From Burkholderiales bacterium (lineage in GTDB: Bacteria; Pseudomonadota; Gammaproteobacteria; Burkholderiales; SG8-41): a stretch of 64,000 bases of DNA. Below are positions 27,104-35,297 of the stretch, one piece after another. The translations under genes and the position numbers were made by a program. Under the pieces are notes generated by a model. It saw only the letters and a program-made list of their open reading frames with translations. It made no database searches and had not been told where the DNA came from. Positions within the stretch are counted from its first letter, which is position 1. Every line of letters starts with the position of its first letter. Location: positions 18,027 through 82,026 of the forward strand of contig JADZGE010000076.1 of NCBI GenBank assembly GCA_020854035.1. The letters are read 5' to 3'.

Positions 27104-27295
27104 CTTTTCCCCGGGCTTTGCCCGTTTGACCAACCATGTCGCAGCCTCCGGCTTCGATACGATCGCCAGCACCGCTACCGTCTGCCCACTTACATCGTAG
27201 AACACCCGGATCTGCGCCACGACGTGCTCTGCGGCCGGCCGGAACGGCTGCCTGACTTGGCACGACGCTTCCGGCCCGTCCGCAGCAGCTACGCG
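27104..27295 (-). pseudogene. possible RelE/ParE-superfamily toxin C-terminal fragment
   Basis: AQIRVFYDVSGQTVAVLAIVSKPEAATWL resembles the C-terminal beta-strands of RelE/ParE-like toxins. It is bounded by in-frame TAA 27296-27298 and TGA 27101-27103, with no usable start codon. Confidence 0.25.
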
Positions 27296-27316
27296 TTAGC
27301 CGCTTTCCCCACCAGA

Positions 27317-27904
27317 CTATTTCAAGAAAAACTTGATCAAGGCGGCATTGACTGCCGCTGGATTCATCTGGCTCATCTGATGCGCCGCGTTTGGAATCGT
27401 CACCCGAGCCGCGGAGGGCTGGCAGCGCTGATATGCATCCAGGATCGGCCGAAAATGAGGAGGGCTCTTCTCGCCGGTCATCAGCAATACGGGCATCTTG
27501 ATCTTTCCAACATCGTCGCAACCGATCGGTCTGGCTTTGCCATCGGCCGCCTGACCGACAACCGTCCAGGCATTCTCGAGCCGGGTTTGACGCTGCGCTT
27601 CGGTGAGCCTTTTCCACGCACCCTTGCCATTCACGCCGTCGAAGAAATACTCGAGCCCGCCCGCAATATCGCCCTTCCGGTAATAGACTTCGGTTGCTTT
27701 GGCCCGTGCGACCACGACATCTTCTCCTGATGCGGGCTTCAGCGGTGGCACCAACTCGGTGAAAGCTGGATCCATCAACAGCAGTTTGCTCACCAGATCA
27801 GGGCGCGCAAGCGCAGATCGAATCACGACTTGTCCACCGCGTGACCAACCGACCAGATTGACGGGGCCTGTGTTGAGCTTCTCGTAACTCGCGGTGTCGA
27901 GGTG
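27317..27904 (-). pseudogene. alpha/beta hydrolase, 5'-truncated
   Basis: HLDTASYEKLNTGPVNLVGWSRGGQVVIRSAL (G-W-S-R-G nucleophile elbow) ... IPNAAHQMSQMNP (catalytic His region). The frame upstream of about 27904 no longer looks like a hydrolase N-terminus and runs straight into the brnA stop at 27977. No plausible start codon. Confidence 0.5.
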
Positions 27905-27976
27905 CGCTGCGCGGCCACGACGACGGCCGGGCGGGTGACCGCCTCGCCGCCGCGTCCACCATTGAAAAGTCAGTGC

Positions 27977-28228
27977 TCAACTGCTCGCCGCGAGCTCTTC
28001 GCGCACGATCTTGCGCACGAGCTCTCGCGTCACGGGTTGCTCGGCGAGGCCTACGCGGGATTTCAGGGCCTCGTTGATCAAGGTCTGATAACCCTTGCCG
28101 GTCTTCTCGGACTGGGCCTTGAAACGCTTGATGACCGCGTCGTCCACGTAGATGGTAATGCGGGTCTTGCCGGCAGAGGCAACCACCGCACCCCGCCTGC
28201 CCTTCGAAAAGTCATAAATTTTTCTCAT
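27977..28228 (-). CDS. brnA: BrnA-type antitoxin (ribbon-helix-helix)
   Basis: MRKIYDFSKGRRGAV...KTRITIYVDDAVIKRFKAQSEKTGKGYQTLINEALK is the characteristic BrnA pattern. It overlaps the end of the BrnT-like ORF. Confidence 0.75.
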   Translation of the reverse strand: MRKIYDFSKGRRGAVVASAGKTRITIYVDDAVIKRFKAQSEKTGKGYQTLINEALKSRVGLAEQPVTRELVRKIVREELAASS

Positions 28229-28430
28229 AGTCTCTGCGCTCTTTGGAGTCTGGCTTCCGCACTGAGATGAACCGTGGCCCATCGCGCCGGGGAGTGTGGA
28301 CCACAACCGTCAGGGTCCCGAAGACGTTTGCGCCGATCGTCACAAACCGTTGCTCGCCCTCGGCGCTGTCGTCCTCGATCGTGAGCGCCAGGGGGTCGCT
28401 GAGCACGCCATCGCCCTCGGAGAACCACTG
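28212..28430 (-). pseudogene. brnT: BrnT-type (DUF497) toxin, N-terminally disrupted
   Basis: FSEGDGVLSDPLALTIEDDSAEGEQRFVTIGANVFGTLTVVVHTPRRDGPRFISVRKPDSKERRDYEK matches BrnT from the HGVSFEEA region onward. The first ~20 residues (FEWD...KHG) are missing, an in-frame TAA lies at 28431-28433, and only GTG 28406 is available as a start. Confidence 0.55.
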
Positions 28431-28482
28431 TTACGTTGAGCACTGTCTGATCCAGCGGTATCCGGAAAGGGTGGGACTCTGG

Positions 28483-28514
28483 ATGTATCGCCGCGCCGAC
28501 GCACGGCGATACAT
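28483..28514 (-). terminator. stem-loop immediately after the Bug gene stop
   Basis: 11-bp perfect stem ATGTATCGCCG / CGGCGATACAT with a 10-nt loop, 2 nt beyond the stop at 28517-28519. No U-run. It also marks the right edge of the lower-GC stretch. Confidence 0.3.
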
Positions 28515-28516
28515 AC

Positions 28517-29524
28517 TCATTCAGCCTTCGCCCCGGACGCTTTCACCACCTTCGCCCACTTCACGGTCTCGGACCTGATGTAGGCGGCGAACGCCTCGGG
28601 GCTCGAGCCGACGATCTCGAAGCCGAGGCCGCCGAGCCTCGCGGTCACCTCGGGATGCTTGAGGGCGGCCAGGATCCCGGCGTTGAGCCGCGAGATGACC
28701 GGCTTCGGGGCGCCCGCCGGCGCGAGCACGCCGTACCACGCCGTCGCTTCCACGCCCGGGAAGCCCTGCTCCGCGATCGTGGGCACGTCCGCCAGCGCCG
28801 GCGAGCGCTTCGCGCCGGTCTGCGCGAGCGCCCGGAGCTTGCCCGCCTTGATGTGGGCGAGCGTCGAGGAAAAGCCGCTGAACATGACATGCACGTGGCC
28901 GCCGAGGAGGTCCGTCACCGCCTGCCCGCTGCCCTTGTACGGCACGTGCGTGATCTTCACGCCCGCGAGGCTACCGATTAGCTCGCCGGTGAGATGCCCG
29001 ACGCTTGCGACGCCGGCCGAAGCGAACGAGTACTGCCCCGGCTTCGCCCTGGCGAGCGCGATGAATTCCTGCAGGCTCTTCGCCGGCACCGAGGGGTGGG
29101 CGGTCATGACGTTGGGCGATGACGCGAGCTGGGTGATCGGCGCGAAGTCCTTCTGTGGATCGTACGGCATCTTCGCGGAGAGGCCCGGGAAGATCGCGAG
29201 GTTCGCGATGTAGCCGAGCACGATCGTGTGGCCGTCGGCGGGCGCCCGCGCCACGATCTGCATGCCGATGTCGCCGTTCGCTCCCGGGCGGTTGTCGACG
29301 ACAACCTGCTGGCCGAGCGAGTCGGCGAGCTTCGTTCCCATCGTGCGCGCGAGCGTGTCCGCGCTGCCGCCGGGGGCGTACGGCACGACGAAGCGGACGG
29401 GACGGTTCGGGAAGTTCTGCTGCGCGGAATGCTGCTGGGCGCGGACGGGAATCACGAGTGCCGCGGACATCACGGCGCCCAGGAAAACCAGGGGGAAAAT
29501 CGAGAAGACTCGCTTCCGGAGCAT
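28517..29524 (-). CDS. Bug/TctC-family substrate-binding protein
   Basis: Signal peptide, then FPNRPVRFVVPYAPGGSADTLARTM. 335 aa. Confidence 0.85.
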   Translation of the reverse strand: MLRKRVFSIFPLVFLGAVMSAALVIPVRAQQHSAQQNFPNRPVRFVVPYAPGGSADTLARTMGTKLADSLGQQVVVDNRPGANGDIGMQIVARAPADGHTIVLGYIANLAIFPGLSAKMPYDPQKDFAPITQLASSPNVMTAHPSVPAKSLQEFIALARAKPGQYSFASAGVASVGHLTGELIGSLAGVKITHVPYKGSGQAVTDLLGGHVHVMFSGFSSTLAHIKAGKLRALAQTGAKRSPALADVPTIAEQGFPGVEATAWYGVLAPAGAPKPVISRLNAGILAALKHPEVTARLGGLGFEIVGSSPEAFAAYIRSETVKWAKVVKASGAKAE

Positions 29525-29631
29525 GCTCGGACCCTCGCCGCGGTATCGATTGCCCGGCGGAACTCCGGAGTTACGCAGGGTGGACTTCCTCGAGATGAAT
29601 CGGCGCGCCGCGACTCAACCCGGAATCACGG

Positions 29632-29823
29632 CTACTTCCTGCGCGCCGATTCATTGCGCCAGCGCTCCCACGCCCAGCGCTGGTCCTCGCGGATCGCCTC
29701 GTCCGCGACGAGCGAGCGCACGAACGCCGTCACGTCCGATTCGTAGCCGTCCGCGCGCCTGTCCACGCGCCATTTCCTGTCCGCCGGGACGACGGGGGAC
29801 TTCGGCACTTTCTTCAGATTCAT
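29632..29823 (-). CDS. small conserved protein, DUF3460-like (tentative)
   Basis: 63 aa from ATG 29823, which overlaps the upstream gene's stop (ATGA). The YESDVTAFVRSL...QRWAWERWRN pattern resembles the small betaproteobacterial DUF3460 family. Confidence 0.45.
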   Translation of the reverse strand: MNLKKVPKSPVVPADRKWRVDRRADGYESDVTAFVRSLVADEAIREDQRWAWERWRNESARRK

Positions 29824-30233
29824 CGCGTAGCTCCGTTCTCCCCGCGCCCCACGCCGCTCGCCTCGCCGCCGCCCGGCTGGTAGCCGTAGCAGGAGCACGT
29901 GTGCATGATGCGGGTGTCCGGCGGCAGCGGCTTTGCACCGGGCGGCGCGACAGCACCGATCGCGCTCAGGAACTCGGCAAGCAGCACGCCGGCGAGGACG
30001 GCGCCGCCGGCACTGCTGCTCGCGACGGTCAACTGCCCGCCGGGAGCACCCACCGGGACGGGCGTCCCGGAGATGAACGCGAAACGCGCCCCGGATGCCG
30101 AGACCGATGCAGCCACCGCGCTCCCGGCGAGCACCGCGCTTCCGCCCGCTCCAACCGTCTCGCCCCCGTAGGTCTGCACGGCGCATCCAGGGAGGACGGC
30201 GACGATGAGGGCGAGGGTGAACGTCCGGGACAT
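29820..30233 (-). CDS. putative lipoprotein
   Basis: MSRTFTLALIVAVLPGC lipobox signal. Gly/Ala/Ser-rich mature part with a Cys-rich end (HTCSCYGY). No family recognised. Confidence 0.5.
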   Translation of the reverse strand: MSRTFTLALIVAVLPGCAVQTYGGETVGAGGSAVLAGSAVAASVSASGARFAFISGTPVPVGAPGGQLTVASSSAGGAVLAGVLLAEFLSAIGAVAPPGAKPLPPDTRIMHTCSCYGYQPGGGEASGVGRGENGATR

Positions 30234-30503
30234 GGCAGGTCTCGATGATCCGGGGGGGATCGTAGCACGGTGGAATCCTCGCCGGCCGGGACTTCGGTGG
30301 CGTCAAGGGGAACGGGAACAACGGGGCTGGTCGCCTGGCCCCATCCCCGCCCTCTGATCCCTCCCCTTGAAGGGGAGGGAGGAGTTACGGCGCGCGGCGA
30401 TACTCGGTTGCCCCATCTTCACCGCGGCCCTCGCGGTGCTGGCGAGGGGAGGCTCCACGCGGATGGTGGACGCGCGGCCGATGCAGCGATATCGGCCGCA
30501 CTC

Positions 30504-31661
30504 TCAGAACGGCGGGCGGGGCGGCCCCTTCGCGTCCTTCGGCCGCGGCTTCGCGACGAGATCGGCTCGCTCCTTCATGAGCGGTTCGACCTCCTTCGCC
30601 CCGACGACGTAGGTCCACTTCGCGAGCGCGCGCTCGCGGGCGACGCGCTCCTCCAGCCGCTTGAGCGTCTCGGCGAAGTCCTTGTCGCGCCGCTCCTTCT
30701 GCTCGGCCTTTTCGTCCTTCTCCGGCACACGCGCTTTCGGAGGGTCCCCCGTGACGCCGACGCTCACGAGGTAGTCCGTGCCCGACTTGCGCTTCGCGAT
30801 GCGCACCGTGTAGGTGAGATTGTCGAACGTCTCGGCGACCGCGACGACCGGCTTCTCCGCTTCCTCCGGCTTCGCGTCGAGCGCGATGTCCTCGAACGAC
30901 ATCTGCGCGAGCGCGTTCACCGCGGAGACGGCGGCGCTCGCGGCGAGATCGCCGCCGCCGGATGCGAACCGCCACTGCCCCCACTCTTCGTTGCGCGTGA
31001 TCTTCCAGCCCGCTCCGCCCTCGGGCCCGACCGCGAGCGTGCGGATGCGTTCGGCCTTGAAGAAGTCCCGCGCCAGCCACTTGCCGGGTTTCGCGTCCGC
31101 CTTGCCGAGCGGGTCGGACACCACCACCACCTGGTCCCCCGCGCCCGCCACCTGCACGTAACGGCCCGCGGGCACGCCGTCGACCGCGCTCGGCAGGGGA
31201 TTCAGCGGGTCCTTCTTCTTCACGACCTTGCCGAGCACGAGCCGCGCGAGCACCTTCTGCTGCGCGTCGGAGAACTCCACGAGGATGCCGCTCCCTTCGC
31301 CCTTGCCCGGCTCGGCGAGGTCGAGGCGCGGCAGGAGCGACGCCCCCACCTGCTCGGACTGCGTCACCTTCAGTTCGGCGAGCTTCACCATGAGGTCGGT
31401 GAGGTCCTGGAAGTTCGCCGGGTAGTCGCCGCGCTCGCGCACGACCCAGCCGGTATCCCGGCGCACGAGCGTCGACCGGGATTTCGAGTCCTGGAGCGTG
31501 ATCCGGGCCACCTCCGCCAGCGTGAAGCCCGGCAGCAGCGGCGCGCCGATCTTCGCGCCGCTCGCCCGGTAGGCGGCGATGTCCTGGCGGAAAAGCGAGA
31601 TACCCGCGCCGCCCAGCACGAGCAGCGCGATCACGAGCAGGAGAAACTGCTTGCGGGTCAT
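30504..31661 (-). CDS. DUF4340 domain-containing protein
   Basis: 385 aa with an N-terminal TM anchor (LLLVIALLVLGGAGISLF). Sits directly downstream of the GldG-like gene, the usual DUF4340 context. Lys/Glu-rich C-terminal tail. Confidence 0.65.
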   Translation of the reverse strand: MTRKQFLLLVIALLVLGGAGISLFRQDIAAYRASGAKIGAPLLPGFTLAEVARITLQDSKSRSTLVRRDTGWVVRERGDYPANFQDLTDLMVKLAELKVTQSEQVGASLLPRLDLAEPGKGEGSGILVEFSDAQQKVLARLVLGKVVKKKDPLNPLPSAVDGVPAGRYVQVAGAGDQVVVVSDPLGKADAKPGKWLARDFFKAERIRTLAVGPEGGAGWKITRNEEWGQWRFASGGGDLAASAAVSAVNALAQMSFEDIALDAKPEEAEKPVVAVAETFDNLTYTVRIAKRKSGTDYLVSVGVTGDPPKARVPEKDEKAEQKERRDKDFAETLKRLEERVARERALAKWTYVVGAKEVEPLMKERADLVAKPRPKDAKGPPRPPF

Positions 31662-31677
31662 GTTGGTCTCGTCGCGG

Positions 31678-33579
31678 TCAGGACGCCGCCGCGCGGGAGC
31701 GCCGGTGCCGGCCTATCGCCAGGACGATACCGGCGAGCGCCACCAGCAGCGGCACCGCCCCGATGTTGATCACCTTGGTCCAGAACTGCAGCGCGTCGGT
31801 CTCGACGCGAAGGTTCTTCCTCAGCTCCTTGAGGTCGTGCCGCGTCTGCGCCGCCTTCTTGCGGAAATTCTCGAGCTCCGCCTGCTGCTCGGTGGTGAGA
31901 ATGGCGCTTTGCGCGCCGCCCCTCGCCTTCTGCAGGTTCTGCAGCTTCTCCTGCGTCTGGTTGAGCGTGTCCTCGAGCTCCTTGATCTTGCCGAGATAGG
32001 TCTGCTGCGCCGTATCCTCCATCTGGCGGATGAGCGTCAGGGGCCGCGTGAACGAGGCGCGGCTCCTCAGCGTCATCAGCGCGCTGTCGCCGGAGAACTG
32101 TTCCACCAGACCCTGCGCGAACGCGAGGTTGCCGTTACGCGGGACGATCACGCGCTGGCCGAAGATGTCCTGCACCTCCACCGCCGCGCCGTCGGCGAGC
32201 ATGTCCGCGTCGGCCACCAGCACCATCGAATTCTCGGCGGCGGAGACCTTGAGGTGAGGCTCGCCCGCGGGCGCGTCCTTCTTCCCGTTCTTGCCGGCAT
32301 CCTTCTTCGCGGGCGGCGCCGGCGGCTGCGGCCGGCCGTCCGGAAACGCGGAATGAAACCTGCCCGAGAGACGGATGGCGAGCGGCTGCTCCTTGCCCGA
32401 AGGCTGGAACCCCCGCGTCGAGGGCTCGCCCGAGAGCGTCGCGATGATGAGGTCGACCGGCATGGAGTTCTTGGAGGTGTGCGCGAGCGGCGTCATCGCG
32501 AGCCCCTCCGCGACCTTGCCCTTGAACGTGCCGCCGAAGGGAACGAGCAGCGTGCCGACCTGGCTCATCACCACGTCGTCCATGTTGAAGGCCTGCTGGT
32601 TGAGGTTGAGCAGCGTCGGCAGCAGCCGCGGCCCCTCGCCGCTCGCGAAGGTGAGATCGGCGATCACCTTGCCCATGTCGATGTCGACGCCCCACGCCTT
32701 GAAAAGATGATAGAAGGTCGATTGCGACGCCTGGTTGCCGCCGAACGGGTTCTGCATGTCCGGCTGCTGGTCGAAATAGGCGTACGGATCGACGAAGGCG
32801 ATGAGTTTCCCGCCGCGCAGCACGAACTGGTCGATGGCGTACTCGGTCTCCTCCGGAATGTCGCGCGGGTGGATGACGAGCAGCACCTTGATGTCGTCGT
32901 CGATGCGGCGGGCGCTCAATTCGAGCTTGCGCACGTCGAAGATGCGCTTCAATTCCTGTACCAGCACCCACGCCTCGGTCGGCTGCTTCTTGAGCAGGGG
33001 ATTGAGCGGCTGCCCGGTGACCGGCAGCGCGCTCATCACGCCCACCACCGGCTTCTTCGCCGCGGCGACCTGCGTGATGGCGCGCGTGATGTCGTACTCG
33101 AGCAGTCGCTCGCGGTCGGGCGTGAGCACGGGTATCGCCGCCTTGTGGTCGAGGAAGGACACCGCGAGGCCGAGGTAGAACTTCTCGCCGGTGTTGGTGA
33201 GCTGCCCCTCCACGCCGTCGAGCGCGGCGGATTCCTCCGCGTCGGAATCGGGCTCGGGATTGAACTTCTCGATGATGACCCTGCCCCCCGATGCGGCCTT
33301 GTACTCGGAGAGGAGATCCTCGACGCGGCCCGCGAAGGTCTTGAGCCCCACCGGCACCGCCGTGCCGCCCTGGGTGTAGTAGAGGCGCACCCGGACCGGG
33401 GCCTCGAGTTTCGCGAGCACCGACTTCGTCCCGGGCGACAGGGTATACACGTCGCCGTCGGTCAGGTCGGCGCGGAAATTGACCGCGCTCGCGAGGAAGT
33501 TGAACGCGACGAGCACGGCGAGCAGCGCCACGACGCCGCCGGTCGAGTAGAGCAGGGTCTCGAGCTGTTTTTTCTGCAT
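31678..33579 (-). CDS. GldG-like ABC-transporter auxiliary protein (ABC-type uncharacterized transport system)
   Basis: 633 aa with N- and C-terminal TM anchors. ADLTDGDVYTLSPGTKSVLAKLEAPVRVRLYYT is the typical GldG-family start. Confidence 0.75.
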   Translation of the reverse strand: MQKKQLETLLYSTGGVVALLAVLVAFNFLASAVNFRADLTDGDVYTLSPGTKSVLAKLEAPVRVRLYYTQGGTAVPVGLKTFAGRVEDLLSEYKAASGGRVIIEKFNPEPDSDAEESAALDGVEGQLTNTGEKFYLGLAVSFLDHKAAIPVLTPDRERLLEYDITRAITQVAAAKKPVVGVMSALPVTGQPLNPLLKKQPTEAWVLVQELKRIFDVRKLELSARRIDDDIKVLLVIHPRDIPEETEYAIDQFVLRGGKLIAFVDPYAYFDQQPDMQNPFGGNQASQSTFYHLFKAWGVDIDMGKVIADLTFASGEGPRLLPTLLNLNQQAFNMDDVVMSQVGTLLVPFGGTFKGKVAEGLAMTPLAHTSKNSMPVDLIIATLSGEPSTRGFQPSGKEQPLAIRLSGRFHSAFPDGRPQPPAPPAKKDAGKNGKKDAPAGEPHLKVSAAENSMVLVADADMLADGAAVEVQDIFGQRVIVPRNGNLAFAQGLVEQFSGDSALMTLRSRASFTRPLTLIRQMEDTAQQTYLGKIKELEDTLNQTQEKLQNLQKARGGAQSAILTTEQQAELENFRKKAAQTRHDLKELRKNLRVETDALQFWTKVINIGAVPLLVALAGIVLAIGRHRRSRAAAS

Positions 33580-33591
33580 GGTCGGCCCCGC

Positions 33592-34341
33592 CTAGCCCGC
33601 GCGCTGGTTGCGGATGATGACCCCGGTGGTGAAGAGGGCGAAGCCGATCACCGAGGCGAAGAAGATCACGTCGCGCGAGTCGAGCACGCCGCGCTGGAAG
33701 CCCTCGAAATGCGTCATGACCGAGAAGCCGGCGATCACGCTCACCGCCGCCGGGCTCGCCCAGCGGGTGAGCAGATCGGTGACCGGCGTGTAGCCCGCCA
33801 GGATGAGGAAGAGGCAGATCATCACCGACACGATGAAGCTGATCACCTGGTTGCGGGTCATCGCGGAGGTCATGCAGCTCACCGCGAGGTAGGTCCCGGA
33901 AAGGAGCAGGCTGCCGAGGTAGCCCGCGGCGATCACCCCGTTGTCCGGATCTCCCATGTAGTTGACCGTCAGCACGACCGGAAACGTGAGCGCCAGCGCG
34001 AGCGCGAGGAAGAGCCACGACGCGATGAACTTGCCCAGGATCGCCTGCCACGTCGTGACGGGCATGGTGAGCAGCAGCTCCATCGTCCCCAGGCGCCGCT
34101 CCTCGGACCACAGGCGCATGCCCACCGCCGGCACGAGGAAGAGGTAGAGCCAGGGATGCCAGGTGAAGACCGAAACCAGCGAGGCTTCGCCTCGCTCGAA
34201 GAAGTTGCCCACCGTGTAGGTGAAGAAACCGGTAAGCAGCAGGAAGATTACGAGGAAGACATAGGCGATGGGCGAAGCGAAGTAGCTTCCCAGCTCGCGC
34301 TTCATGATCGCCCTGATGTTGGTCCAGGCGCCCATGTTCAT
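33592..34341 (-). CDS. ABC-2 type transporter permease (GldF-like)
   Basis: MNMGAWTNIRAIMKRELGSYFASPIAYVFLVIFLLL. Six hydrophobic segments. ATG 34341 overlaps the ATPase stop (ATGA). Confidence 0.8.
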   Translation of the reverse strand: MNMGAWTNIRAIMKRELGSYFASPIAYVFLVIFLLLTGFFTYTVGNFFERGEASLVSVFTWHPWLYLFLVPAVGMRLWSEERRLGTMELLLTMPVTTWQAILGKFIASWLFLALALALTFPVVLTVNYMGDPDNGVIAAGYLGSLLLSGTYLAVSCMTSAMTRNQVISFIVSVMICLFLILAGYTPVTDLLTRWASPAAVSVIAGFSVMTHFEGFQRGVLDSRDVIFFASVIGFALFTTGVIIRNQRAG

Positions 34342-35069
34342 GCCGTCCGTACCGTGTCGGGAAGGGTGATCGCGCGGAAGACGTCCTCGAGCCGGCCCTC
34401 CGGCGAGCGTGCCTTCAGTTCCTGCGGCGTCCCGTTCGCGACGATGCGGCCGCGGTCGATGATGATGACGCGCGAGCACGCGGCCTCGACTTCCTCGAGG
34501 ATGTGGGTCGAGAAGATGATGGCCTTCGACTCGCCCATGTGCTTGATGAGGTTGCGCACCTCGTGCTTCTGGTTGGGATCGAGCCCGTCGGTCGGCTCGT
34601 CCATGATGAGCACGGCCGGGTCGTGCACCAGCGCCTGCGCGAGGCAGGTGCGGTGCTTGTAGCCCTTGGAAAGCGTGTCGATGCTCTGCCCGACCACGTT
34701 CTGGAGGAAGCAGAGTTCGATGGCGCGCTCGACCGCCCGCTTCTTCGCGTCCCCCGTCAGGGAGCGCAGCTCCGCGGCGAAATCGAGGAAGCCGCGCACC
34801 GTCATGTCGGCGTAGCCGGGAGCGTTCTCCGGCAGGTAGCCGAACAGGCGCTTCGCGGGCAGCGGATTCTCGACGACGTCGTGACTGCCGATCGTGATTC
34901 GGCCCGAGGTCGGCGGAATGAAGCCCGTCACCATGCGCATGGTGGTGGACTTACCGGCCCCGTTCGGGCCCAGGAACCCCAGGACCTCGCCGCGCTCGAC
35001 CGTGAACGAAACGTCGTTCACCGCGATCTTGGGGCCGAACGCCTTGGTGAGGTTCTCGACCTTGATCAT
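34338..35069 (-). CDS. ABC transporter ATP-binding protein (GldA-like)
   Basis: MIKVENLTKAFG..., Walker A GPNGAGKST, signature LSKGYKHR, Walker B VLIMDEP. GGGGGAG Shine-Dalgarno upstream of ATG 35069. Confidence 0.85.
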   Translation of the reverse strand: MIKVENLTKAFGPKIAVNDVSFTVERGEVLGFLGPNGAGKSTTMRMVTGFIPPTSGRITIGSHDVVENPLPAKRLFGYLPENAPGYADMTVRGFLDFAAELRSLTGDAKKRAVERAIELCFLQNVVGQSIDTLSKGYKHRTCLAQALVHDPAVLIMDEPTDGLDPNQKHEVRNLIKHMGESKAIIFSTHILEEVEAACSRVIIIDRGRIVANGTPQELKARSPEGRLEDVFRAITLPDTVRTA

Positions 35070-35260
35070 GTTCTCCCCCGTGGATGGCGCCCGGCTCGAT
35101 ACGGAGCCGCGCCGCCTTTCTCGGCCGGCATGCAGGACGCGCAGCGGGCAATCGTGGGCCCCGCCGGCGACCGGCCGCCATCGCGCAAGTTGGACAGACA
35201 ATAGCGCAAAGGTTCCCACCTCGTCGTCGTGGCGGCCGCGAGCCGCTTCGTGAGGCACAA

Positions 35261-35288
35261 CGAAAAGGGCCTGTTCCGCCGCAGGCCC
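35261..35288 (-). terminator. Rho-independent terminator after tRNA-Thr
   Basis: On the minus strand: GGGCCTG-CGGCGGAA-CAGGCCC followed by TTTTCGTT, starting about 10 nt after the tRNA CCA end. Confidence 0.6.
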
Positions 35289-35297
35289 CGCCTTCCG

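Noticed and set aside
27258-27272. Sigma54 promoter-like TGGCAC-GACGC-TTCC.
   Set aside because: The critical -12 GC is replaced by CC. It also points into the plus strand of the fragment stretch, where there is no gene to drive.
26141-28514. Integron gene-cassette array. Supporting hints: small co-oriented ORFs including TA genes, and a GTTAGGC core-site-like heptamer at 26445-26451.
   Set aside because: No intI integrase, no attI, and I could not pair the heptamer with an inverse core (RYYYAAC) at attC-like spacing. The ORFs are truncated rather than separated by attC sites. The idea is kept only as something to test with an attC covariance model.
30359-30379. Perfect palindrome CCCTCCCCTT-G-AAGGGGAGGG in the DUF4340-lipoprotein gap, as a terminator.
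   Set aside because: There is a one-base centre, so the effective loop must consume stem pairs. No U-run follows on either strand. It is more likely a REP-like GC hairpin of unknown significance, and its function cannot be supported.
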